Source of the DNA: Verrucomicrobiota bacterium
GTDB taxonomy: Bacteria > Verrucomicrobiota > Verrucomicrobiia > Limisphaerales > SXQI01
Direction: 5' to 3'
Length of the DNA: 14,366 nucleotides
Assembly (NCBI GenBank): GCA_033762115.1
Contig: JANRLX010000025.1
Span: 1-14,366 of the forward strand
Shown: piece by piece, positions 7,062-14,366 of the stretch
Layout of the letters: the number at the start of each line of letters is the position of its first letter
Position numbering within the stretch: position 1 is the first letter of the stretch
Program-made: the position numbers and the translations under genes
Notes under the pieces: generated by a model
What the model was told of the DNA's origin: nothing
Databases searched by the model: none
The model's input: only the letters and a program-made list of their open reading frames with translations

Positions 7062-7844
7062 TTATTGTTCAGAGGAAGAGGAACCACTGGAACCAGTACT
7101 TCCAGAAGTCGTTTGGCCGGAGCCGGAACTACCTGAACTGCCAGTGCCGGAACCGCTGCTGCCTGAAGAACCACTTGTGCCGGTGCTGCCGGATGAGGAA
7201 CCGCTGCTTCCAGAGGTACCGCTCGATCCACTGCTGCCAGAAGATCCCTGGCCGCTGCTGCCCTGGCCACTGCCACCTTGAGAACCGCTGGAGCGGTTGG
7301 TGCTGGCCGAATTGGTGTTGTAAAGACCACGGTAGAACCCATTGGTCGAAGAACTGCCAATCCCGGTGCTGCCCTGCGCTCCCGTGCCTACGCTTGAGCC
7401 AGAAGAAGAACCTGTTCCGCTGCCCGATTGGTCAGAACCAGTGCTGGAACTGCCCGATGAACCGCTGGCGCCAGTTGAGCCGGATTGAGTGCCGGTGCTG
7501 GAATCTGTCGAACCGGAGATCGAGCCCGATGCATCTGTTCCGCTGCTGCTGGAACTGCTGCCGGTGCTCGATGATCCTGGCGAACCGGATGCTGATGAAG
7601 TGTCATCAGAGGAGGAATCGCTCGAGGAATCCTGACCGCTTGCGCTGGAAGCAGCTGATCCCTGGCTGCTGCTGGACGACTCGCTTTCATCAGCGATGGT
7701 TGGATCACCAGCCACCCCGCTTACTCGACCGTGGATACCTTTGTTGCCTTCGTAATCGGACTGTTTTGAACTGTTGTCAGAACCCGCATTCGCGGTTGAA
7801 GCGGCCATGATCAAAGCCGCAATAATCAAACTTTTCTTTAACAT
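7062..7844 (-). CDS. Secreted Ser/Gly/Thr-rich low-complexity (probably disordered) protein
   Basis: AAAAGGAG lies 8 nt before ATG 7844 (alternative ATG 7850). Signal peptide MLKKSLIIAALIMAASTANA, then about 240 aa dominated by GSSGS-type repeats. Confidence 0.82.
   Translation of the reverse strand: MLKKSLIIAALIMAASTANAGSDNSSKQSDYEGNKGIHGRVSGVAGDPTIADESESSSSSQGSAASSASGQDSSSDSSSDDTSSASGSPGSSSTGSSSSSSGTDASGSISGSTDSSTGTQSGSTGASGSSGSSSTGSDQSGSGTGSSSGSSVGTGAQGSTGIGSSSTNGFYRGLYNTNSASTNRSSGSQGGSGQGSSGQGSSGSSGSSGTSGSSGSSSGSTGTSGSSGSSGSGTGSSGSSGSGQTTSGSTGSSGSSSSEQ
7065..7290 (-). repeat. Degenerate coding repeats (GSSGS / GQGSSG / GSTGTS)
   Basis: Peptide repeats such as GQGSSGQGSSGSSGSSGTSGSSGSSSGSTGTSGSSGS. 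Codons are synonymously varied, so DNA identity between units is low. Confidence 0.75.
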
Positions 7845-8100
7845 ACGCATTGCTCCTTTTAATTGGAAACTCCCAAATGGTGGGAGTAATGCTTCGAACA
7901 TCCCTCCTATTCAAAGCTTATCAACGCGGGGCGAAACTGAGAAAATCGGGAAAAACACCACTAAACAGGTATGAGGGCACACCTTTATATTTTATATCGG
8001 GCTGCTCAGGGCAGGCCATTGTGCAATTTCCAATTCTGGGGAATGATGGTCTGGCCCAGCAGGGGAAGCCCATATTGAAAGCTGAAACAGGAGCATGGAA

Positions 8101-8550
8101 ATGAATCAGGAAATTATCAATGAGTTGATCACAGCATACGCAATGGAGCTGGAAACAGTGCAGAATTATATTGCCGCCTCAGTCAACCCGGACGGGGTGC
8201 GTTCAGATGTCATCAAAAAGGCGCTCGCTGCCGATGTCGCCACTGAAGTGATGCACGCGCAGCAACTGGCCGCGAGAATTAAAACAATCGGGGGGATCGT
8301 GCCGGGATCGCTCAGCCTTCCCAAAAGCCAGAAATCACTGCAACCTCCCGCTTCGACAACGGACGTTGTCGCGGTTATCAAAGGGGTAATCGACGCGGAG
8401 GAAGGCGCCATTGCGCAATACAACAAAATCATCCGGTTATGCGATGGAAAGGATTACGTGACACAGGACCTTGTCATCGAAATTCTTTCCGGCGAAGAGG
8501 ATCATCGCCGCGAATTTGTCGGTTTCCTGAAGGAATACGAAGGGAAGTAA
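8101..8550 (+). CDS. Ferritin-like (bacterioferritin/rubrerythrin-like) di-iron protein
   Basis: Ferroxidase-type ligands E (AMELET), ExxH (EVMH), E (AEEGA..Y) and ExxH (EEDH); D.VTQDL. SD AGGAG spacing favours ATG 8101 over 8095. Confidence 0.88.
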   Translation: MNQEIINELITAYAMELETVQNYIAASVNPDGVRSDVIKKALAADVATEVMHAQQLAARIKTIGGIVPGSLSLPKSQKSLQPPASTTDVVAVIKGVIDAEEGAIAQYNKIIRLCDGKDYVTQDLVIEILSGEEDHRREFVGFLKEYEGK

Positions 8551-8558
8551 CCGAAAGG

Positions 8559-9422
8559 TTATTTTAATTCCAGTTCTGCGATGACCGGAAAATGGTCGCT
8601 GGGGAATTGTGCATTTTTGGAAAATGTAACAATTTCAGTGGAATGCACCGTGAACGGCCCGCGGAACAGGATCCAGTCGATTCGATCATCCCCTTTTTTG
8701 ATTCCCCTGTAACCGTGAAAGGTGTGAACCATCTCACCATGACGCATGGTCGCGGCGCTCCAGGAATCGACCAGTTGCTGCTCCTTAAGCAGAAGATCGT
8801 AAACCTCATTCTTACCTGCGGAAGCATTAAAATCCCCCAGCAGGATGAGTGGCAACGCAGGGGGAAACTCTGAGATCTTTTTGTTGATCAGATGTGCGCT
8901 TTTGATGCGGGCTTCCTGAATCTGGTGGTCCAGGTGAGTGTTCAGGAAATAAAATTCCTTTTTTGTGGCTCGGTCACGAAATTGCACCCAGGTAACCATC
9001 CTTCGATTTGAGTTTCCCCAGGTGGTCGAGGCAATCAAGTCGGGAGTATCCGAGAGCCAGAAATGGTCGAAAGCCAGCGGTTCAAACCGTTCCTTTTTAT
9101 AAAAGACAGCCATGAACTCTCCCTTGCTGCCTCCATCTCTTCCCAACCCGATCCAATCGTAAACCGGGAGATCATGGGCGAGGTCCTTGATCTGCCGGTA
9201 AACGCCTTCCTGAGTGCCGATGATATCCGGCTGGGTAAGCTTGAGACATTCCTGCATGACAGGGCGACGCTCCGGCCAGGAGTTAGGGGGTTCATCACTG
9301 GCGAAACGGAGGTTGAAAGTCATAACCTTGAACGCCGAGGTGGGAATTTCCCCACTTTGAAGCCAGATGGTTGTGGCCAGGGCAAACAAACAAAGAAGGA
9401 GTGAGCGCATGCTCAAAAGCAT
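8559..9422 (-). CDS. Exported endonuclease/exonuclease/phosphatase (EEP) family protein
   Basis: MTFNLR, GTQE, NTHLDH, LGDFN, RIDWI and SDHFPV motifs; N-terminal signal-like segment (start 9422 or 9410). Confidence 0.93.
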   Translation of the reverse strand: MLLSMRSLLLCLFALATTIWLQSGEIPTSAFKVMTFNLRFASDEPPNSWPERRPVMQECLKLTQPDIIGTQEGVYRQIKDLAHDLPVYDWIGLGRDGGSKGEFMAVFYKKERFEPLAFDHFWLSDTPDLIASTTWGNSNRRMVTWVQFRDRATKKEFYFLNTHLDHQIQEARIKSAHLINKKISEFPPALPLILLGDFNASAGKNEVYDLLLKEQQLVDSWSAATMRHGEMVHTFHGYRGIKKGDDRIDWILFRGPFTVHSTEIVTFSKNAQFPSDHFPVIAELELK

Positions 9423-9557
9423 GGCTTCTTTGCAAATGGAGGTCGAAAACTTTCTTTATTGGCATGAAACCCGGTTTTATGCGTATTTTTACAGAATCCA
9501 GATTTGCATTTGGCCGGAATAGTGGTAAACATGCCGTGCATTCATTAAAAGAATGCG

Positions 9558-9586
9558 TTGACACCATTCCGGTGTTCTGGTCTTAT
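9558..9586 (+). promoter_or_regulatory. Candidate sigma70 promoter for rplU-rpmA
   Basis: Perfect TTGACA (9558-9563), 17-nt spacer, TGn-TCTTAT (9581-9586; 4/6 match with extended -10 TG), 22 nt upstream of the rplU ATG. Confidence 0.55.
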
Positions 9587-9608
9587 TTGGCCCCTTTTTA
9601 GGGATTTT

Positions 9609-9920
9609 ATGTACGCAGTATTAGAAACTGGCAGCAAGCAATACCGTGTCGCCGCTGGCGATACGCTGGAAGTTGATCGTCTCGAAGCTGAGGCGGGCAA
9701 ACCATTCACTTTTGACCGCGTGTTGCTCGTGAGCAACGACGGCAAGGTCTCCGTGGGTTCTCCCACAGTTTCCAAAGCCAGCGTGGTGGCAGATGTTGTT
9801 GAACACAAACGGGGTGAGAAAAAAATCGCTTTCAAAATGAGGCGCCGTAAAGGATATCACCGCACTGTGGGTCACCGCTCTGAATTAACAGTTGTTAAAA
9901 TCAAAGAGATTAATTTGTAA
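9609..9920 (+). CDS. rplU: 50S ribosomal protein L21
   Basis: MYAVLETGSKQYRV...VGSPTV...RGEKKIAFKMRRRKGYHRTVGHR; start ATG 9609; canonical rplU-rpmA-obg order. Confidence 0.98.
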   Translation: MYAVLETGSKQYRVAAGDTLEVDRLEAEAGKPFTFDRVLLVSNDGKVSVGSPTVSKASVVADVVEHKRGEKKIAFKMRRRKGYHRTVGHRSELTVVKIKEINL

Positions 9921-9923
9921 TTT

Positions 9924-10187
9924 ATGGCACATAAAAAAGGTCAGGGCAGCAGCCGCAACGGTCGTGACAGTAATGCACAACGACTTGGCGTTAAACGCTT
10001 TGGCGGGGAAGTGGTTTCCGCGGGCAGCATCATCGTGCGCCAGCGCGGCACAAAATTTATTGCAGGTCAGAATGTTGGCACAGGTCGGGACTGGACCTTG
10101 TTTGCCTTGATTGACGGACAGGTCAAATTTGACAAAGGCCGTCGCAAAGTAAGCGTCCAACCAGTTCCGCCTCCTGCAAGCAATTGA
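9924..10187 (+). CDS. rpmA: 50S ribosomal protein L27
   Basis: [24 protein letters not shown]...[10 protein letters not shown]...G.NVG.GRD.TLFAL.DG.V.F. Confidence 0.99.
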   Translation: MAHKKGQGSSRNGRDSNAQRLGVKRFGGEVVSAGSIIVRQRGTKFIAGQNVGTGRDWTLFALIDGQVKFDKGRRKVSVQPVPPPASN

Positions 10188-10202
10188 TTTGACTTTACCC
10201 GC

Positions 10203-10232
10203 AAAGGCGAGGTGTAAACCTCGCCTTTTTTT
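10203..10232 (+). terminator. Rho-independent terminator after rpmA
   Basis: AAAGGCGAGGT-GTAA-ACCTCGCCTTT: perfect 11-bp stem with a GNRA loop, running into a T7 tract, 15 nt after the rpmA stop. Confidence 0.9.
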
Positions 10233-10286
10233 ATGTACTCGATTATTTTACTACAATCATGCTGATACTTTTGGGAGGAGCGGTTC

Positions 10287-11483
10287 ATGTTCATTGATCA
10301 GATCAAGGTCTATGCCAGGGCGGGTCACGGGGGCAAAGGGGCAGTGGCGTTTCATCGGGAAGCCTATGTCCCTAAAGGAGGCCCAAGCGGGGGTAATGGC
10401 GGGCGTGGAGGGGATGTCATTCTCCAGGCGGATCATGATTTAAATAACCTGCTTGGCCAGTTCTACAATCCCCGACTGATCGCTGAAAATGGCCAGCCTG
10501 GAATGGGCAAGGGGATGGATGGGTTGGCTGGCAAAACACTCATCATCAAAGTCCCGTGCGGCACCCTGGTATGGAAGCTCCCTTCGAAGGAATCGGACGG
10601 AAATTCCGCAGAGAATGCTGCTGTTGCAGAGAGCGCTGATGAAGCGGAAACGGATCTGCCAAAATTGCAGATGGGCAGTGGAAAACGCCCGTTGATTCGT
10701 CACGCTGGCAGCGAACGGGCCATGGAAATTGATCTTGAGGAAGAAGAAGTTGAAAGCAAGGAGCAGGATCGAGTTGTTTCAGAAAAAGGAGAGCTGATCG
10801 CAGACCTGACAGAGCACGGGCAGCAGTTCGTCCTTTGCAAGGGGGGCAGAGGCGGGTTGGGAAATCGAAATTTTGCCACGGCCAGGAACCAAACGCCGCG
10901 ATTTGCACAACCGGGCGAGCCGGGAACAGAGGGGGAATATTTCCTGGAACTTAGAATCCTTGCGGAAGTGGGGATCGTCGGTTATCCCAACGCGGGCAAA
11001 TCAACACTCCTGACCGCCATTTCAAAAGCCCGACCAAAAGTTGCGCCATATCCATTTACAACCCTTCACCCGCAGATTGGGATTGTGGAGTATGAGGATT
11101 ACCATCGGTTGACCGTCTGCGATATTCCAGGGCTGATCGAGGGTGCCCATATGAATGTTGGTCTGGGGCATGCGTTCCTTCGCCATATTAAACGGTGCAA
11201 AGTCCTTGTGATCCTCCTGGACATGGCCGGCACAGACGGTCGCAATCCCTGGGATGATTACAAACAGTTGCTCAGCGAACTGGAACTCTACGACAAAACG
11301 CTGCTCGAAAAAAGCCGCCTTGTCGTTGCCAATAAAATGGACGAACCGGTCGCCGAGGAAAATCTGAAAAAATTCAAGCGGCGGATCACAAAAACCCCCG
11401 TGTTGCCGATTGCGGCGGCTTTCGATGAGGGAATTGTGAAATTCAAAAAAATGATCCGCGAGGCTGTGGAATCAGAGGAGTAG
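10287..11483 (+). CDS. obgE: GTPase Obg/CgtA
   Basis: Gly-rich Obg fold (GHGGKG, GGPSGGNGGRGG, GGRGGLGN..F), G1 GYPNAGKS, G2 PYPFTT, G3 DIPG, G4 NKMD; strong SD GGAGGAG upstream. Confidence 0.98.
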   Translation: MFIDQIKVYARAGHGGKGAVAFHREAYVPKGGPSGGNGGRGGDVILQADHDLNNLLGQFYNPRLIAENGQPGMGKGMDGLAGKTLIIKVPCGTLVWKLPSKESDGNSAENAAVAESADEAETDLPKLQMGSGKRPLIRHAGSERAMEIDLEEEEVESKEQDRVVSEKGELIADLTEHGQQFVLCKGGRGGLGNRNFATARNQTPRFAQPGEPGTEGEYFLELRILAEVGIVGYPNAGKSTLLTAISKARPKVAPYPFTTLHPQIGIVEYEDYHRLTVCDIPGLIEGAHMNVGLGHAFLRHIKRCKVLVILLDMAGTDGRNPWDDYKQLLSELELYDKTLLEKSRLVVANKMDEPVAEENLKKFKRRITKTPVLPIAAAFDEGIVKFKKMIREAVESEE

Positions 11484-12254
11484 TCAGTCCGCCCGTCCCA
11501 GCAGGGTGTTGAGTTTATCCCGGTAGCTGCGGCTGAGAGTCAGTCGCGCTCCGTTTTTGAGGAGGACCACATATTCCCCATGAAAGAGTGGTTGAAGTTC
11601 CTTGATCCGTTCGACATTGACGATTGTCGAGCGGCTGATTCGCATGAACGTTTCTTCAGGAAGCCGTTTTTCCAGTGAACTCATGGTTTCACGAAGCAGA
11701 TGAGATTCGGTTCCGACATGCAGGTTCACGTAGTTGTCCGCAGCTTCCACCCAGTCCAGATCCTCAACCTTGATCAGGAGCACCCGGCCATCTGATTTCA
11801 CGACCAGCCGTTCCACCATCGGTTTGCTTTTCTGCAAGTCAGACAACAAGGCGCTCATCTGACGGGCCAGGGTGCTGTCATGGTCCTTGCTTTGAAGCTG
11901 GGAAACAGCCCGGTCCAGCCCCAGTTTGAAGCGGTCGCGGTCAAACGGTTTAAGCAGGTAATCAATGGCATGAAAATCGAAAGCCCTAAGCGCAAACTTT
12001 TCATGCGCGGTAACAAAAATAATTTTCGGGGTTTTCTCTGGAGAGATCGATTCCAGGACTTGAAATCCGTCCAGCTCCGGCATTTGCACATCAAGAAACA
12101 CCAGGTCCGGGGACTCGCGGTCGATCATTTCCACAGCCGTTTTTCCGTCCGAGCACTCACCAATGATCTCGATGCTGCTTTCATTGGAAAGAAGGGAGCG
12201 GATGCGGTCCCGTGCGAGTTCTTCATCATCAATAATGAGGGTGCGAATTTTCAA
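11484..12254 (-). CDS. LytR/AlgR (LytTR) family response regulator
   Basis: REC domain (IIDDE, FLDVQMP, FVTAH, DYLLKPF) plus LytTR domain (EAADNYV.LH, F.RISRS.IVN, L.LSRSY). Likely TTG start at 12254, 13 nt after the kinase stop. Confidence 0.95.
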   Translation of the reverse strand: MKIRTLIIDDEELARDRIRSLLSNESSIEIIGECSDGKTAVEMIDRESPDLVFLDVQMPELDGFQVLESISPEKTPKIIFVTAHEKFALRAFDFHAIDYLLKPFDRDRFKLGLDRAVSQLQSKDHDSTLARQMSALLSDLQKSKPMVERLVVKSDGRVLLIKVEDLDWVEAADNYVNLHVGTESHLLRETMSSLEKRLPEETFMRISRSTIVNVERIKELQPLFHGEYVVLLKNGARLTLSRSYRDKLNTLLGRAD

Positions 12255-12267
12255 GGGTTGGAAAAGA

Positions 12268-13368
12268 TTATGATTTGGGCAGGAGCGGTTCAAGGCGGAA
12301 GGGAAGTGATAGCAGTGCTTCCAATCCTCCTTCAGGACGGTTCCGGAGTTCGAATGATTGGTCGGACTGGTAAAGCTGTTGCAGCCGTTTACGGGTATTG
12401 GAAGTGCCAATCCCTTCACGCATCTTGCCGTTTAATCCACCTCCATTGTCTCGAATGGCAATTTTCAGTCTCCCGTTCTCCTGCATGGAGGAAATCTCGA
12501 TCAATCCCGCCCTGGCATGTGGTTCGATCCCGTGGCGGATCGCATTTTCGACAATCGGTTGCAGCAGCAGGTTGGGCACCTGTGCATTCAGGGTGTCCGG
12601 CGCAATCTTGAATTCGACCCTCAACCGTTCCCGGAAACGTGTCTGTTCAATTTCCAGGTACCGTTGCAGAAACCCCAGCTCCTGTTCCAGGGTGACTTCA
12701 TGCTCGTCCGTGGTGTCCAGGGCCAGTCGAAGGAGTTCACTTAATCGCGACAACGTGCGGTCAGCCGCCTCCACATCCTTATGCATGAGCGCTGAAATCG
12801 TATGAAGGGTGTTGAAAAGGAAATGCGGGTTCAGCTGCATCTGCAAGGCCTGGAGTCGCGCCTGTGTGAGCCGCTTTTCAAGTTCCACCGCCCGCAGTTC
12901 ACGATCATGGAACTTCCGATAATAATCCATTGCGTGGGTCACGATCAGGATGACCCAGTAAATCCATATGTTCAGGTGAAAGGTCTTGACAAGGAGTTCC
13001 ACAAATAATCGGGAGAACAGAACCTCGTTTCCGGAAAGGGCACCCTGCACCAGTCCCAGACAGGTCCGCAAACTGACATAAGCCAGAGAAAACAATCCAC
13101 TAGCGAGCAGATGGACCAGCCCCATGGTTTCCCAGTCCTTTTTTCCGAGTGGGAACCGGCGCGAAAGTGCCGCCATGGGGATTGATAATAATCCGAACAG
13201 GTACCAATCGAGCATTGAAGAGGCGAGGGCCTGCGCAAAGGAAACGGGATACCCGGCCCTTGAACTGGACCAGTAAAATTGCATCGCGAAGGAAACGCTC
13301 GTGAGCGTCCAGAACAGCAGGAACAATCCCCAGCGGAGGAGCGGCTGTTTTCTCAGGTCATTGACCAT
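12268..13368 (-). CDS. LytS/YehU-type membrane sensor histidine kinase
   Basis: About four N-terminal TM helices, QLNPHFLFNTL H-box, LQPIVENAIRHG N-box, DNGGG, GIGTSN..RL. Confidence 0.95.
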   Translation of the reverse strand: MVNDLRKQPLLRWGLFLLFWTLTSVSFAMQFYWSSSRAGYPVSFAQALASSMLDWYLFGLLSIPMAALSRRFPLGKKDWETMGLVHLLASGLFSLAYVSLRTCLGLVQGALSGNEVLFSRLFVELLVKTFHLNIWIYWVILIVTHAMDYYRKFHDRELRAVELEKRLTQARLQALQMQLNPHFLFNTLHTISALMHKDVEAADRTLSRLSELLRLALDTTDEHEVTLEQELGFLQRYLEIEQTRFRERLRVEFKIAPDTLNAQVPNLLLQPIVENAIRHGIEPHARAGLIEISSMQENGRLKIAIRDNGGGLNGKMREGIGTSNTRKRLQQLYQSDQSFELRNRPEGGLEALLSLPFRLEPLLPKS

Positions 13369-13421
13369 GCGATTCTATTTTTCTAAAAAAAGTTTACTGC
13401 TTATCATGAGCATTGGAAATC

Positions 13422-14366
13422 ATGAACCGAGGCGAACCTGACATGCCGCCGCCCCAGCCCGCTGTTAAACGTGAGGAAATCACAGCGGAAGGACAGCGGC
13501 TGCAATTGAGATTTACCCTCATTTTCATGGCCCTGGCGATCCTGCCAATCCTCCTGTTCATCGGGTATGAACTTTCCCAGGAAAAAGGTAAAAAGAACAA
13601 CGTTTCTGGCGGTTTGCCAATGGTTCGTTTCGTGGAATCGGCAACAGCAGCCGGAATTCATTTCCGCCATGAAAATGGCGCTTCCGGTGAAAAACTACTC
13701 CCGGAAACGATGGGCTCCGGTTGCGCCATCTGGGATTTTGATAATGATGGAGACCAGGACTTGCTCTTCGTCAGCGGTTGCGCCTGGAACGAGGCGTTTG
13801 CCGGTTCCAAAAATGGCGGCTCACTCCTGCTGTATGAAAACGATGGGAAAGGCAAATTCCGGGATGTTTCCAAAGCCAAGGGGCTTCTCGAAACATTTTA
13901 TGGAATGGGGTTGGCCATGGGGGATTTCGATAATGATGGCTGGACCGATTTCTATGTGACTGCTGTTGGAAGGAATTATTTATATCACAATCAACAGGGC
14001 AGGGGATTTATCGAAGTGGCACCTGGGGCAGGAGTGGCAGGCGCCACGAACGCCTGGAGCACAAGCGCGGCATGGATCGATTATGACCGTGATTCGGACC
14101 TTGATCTTTTCGTCTGCAATTACGTTGAATGGTCGAGAGAGATTGATCTCAAGATTAATTATCAACTCCCCGGAATTGGCCGGGCCTATGGTCCTCCGAT
14201 GAATTTTACGGGCACGGTTCCCTACCTCTTCAGAAACGAGGGGAATGGCAGGTTTACCAATGTTGCGGAATTTGCCGGGCTTCACGTGACCAACAAGGCA
14301 ACTGGGCTTCCCATGGCAAAAGGGCTGGGAATCGCCCCGGTGGATCTCGATGGGGATGGATGGATC
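13422..14366 (+). CDS. FG-GAP-repeat / CRTAC1(ASPIC-UnbV)-like protein with N-terminal membrane anchor; partial, runs off the window end
   Basis: Not in the ORF track. The frame is open from ATG 13422 to the end: TM segment FTLIFMALAILPILLFIGY, then GIHFRHENGASGEKLLPETMGSG and Ca-binding-like repeats DFDNDGDQDL, DFDNDGWTDF, DYDRDSDLDL, DLDGDGWI. Confidence 0.92.
   Translation, partial: MNRGEPDMPPPQPAVKREEITAEGQRLQLRFTLIFMALAILPILLFIGYELSQEKGKKNNVSGGLPMVRFVESATAAGIHFRHENGASGEKLLPETMGSGCAIWDFDNDGDQDLLFVSGCAWNEAFAGSKNGGSLLLYENDGKGKFRDVSKAKGLLETFYGMGLAMGDFDNDGWTDFYVTAVGRNYLYHNQQGRGFIEVAPGAGVAGATNAWSTSAAWIDYDRDSDLDLFVCNYVEWSREIDLKINYQLPGIGRAYGPPMNFTGTVPYLFRNEGNGRFTNVAEFAGLHVTNKATGLPMAKGLGIAPVDLDGDGWI

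Noticed and set aside
7025..7810. 261-aa Cys/Arg-rich ORF on + resembling a metallothionein or RiPP precursor
   Set aside because: Antisense shadow of the Ser/Gly repeats (GGC AGC reads as TGC/CGC on the other strand). The minus frame has the SD and signal peptide.
9436..9522. 28-aa aromatic-rich ORF (MEVENFLYWHETRFYAYFYRIQICIWPE) resembling an attenuator leader peptide
   Set aside because: No SD and no terminator/antiterminator; it lies upstream of the likely rplU promoter, and the downstream genes are not aromatic amino-acid genes. T-rich intergenic DNA explains the F/Y bias.
9921..9950. Prp protease / N-terminally extended L27 system
   Set aside because: rplU and rpmA are 3 nt apart and L27 starts directly at MAHKKG.
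10581..10784. Intein or mobile insertion in obgE
   Set aside because: No C/S...HN-C/S/T splice junctions, too short, and no repeats or target duplication.
12255..12419. N-terminal extension of the LytTR regulator
   Set aside because: It overlaps the kinase 3' end, and the REC domain starts at TTG 12254.
1..14366. CRISPR array, IS/transposase, integrase, tRNA, defence system
   Set aside because: I saw no regularly spaced DNA repeats, terminal inverted repeats, cloverleaf sequences or such protein motifs. Intergenic spaces are short and largely explained.

Overview
This window looks like bacterial core chromosome at roughly 50% GC (estimated by eye). Gene content and protein style suggest Verrucomicrobiota, Pedosphaera/Limisphaera-like; this is inference. 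Left to right: a partial FG-GAP/CRTAC1-like secreted protein (-), a GT2 glycosyltransferase, an M23 peptidase and a stand-alone SecD P1-head-like lipoprotein (all -). Next come a 33-aa highly basic small ORF missed by the ORF track and an O-antigen ligase/Wzy_C-family membrane protein (+), then an AlkA-family glycosylase and a PilT/PilU ATPase (-). A likely stress island follows (SPW-repeat membrane protein, secreted Ser/Gly-rich protein, divergent ferritin-like protein), then an exported EEP-family phosphoesterase (-). The rplU-rpmA-terminator-obgE locus follows, with a ~68-aa insertion in Obg. The window ends with a LytS-type kinase/LytTR regulator pair (-) and a second partial FG-GAP/CRTAC1-like gene (+). 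I saw no mobile element, CRISPR array, tRNA or rRNA. The best leads are the basic microprotein, the free SecD-head lipoprotein, the Obg insertion and the Ser/Gly-rich protein with aromatic islands. I found no clear-cut new multi-gene system.
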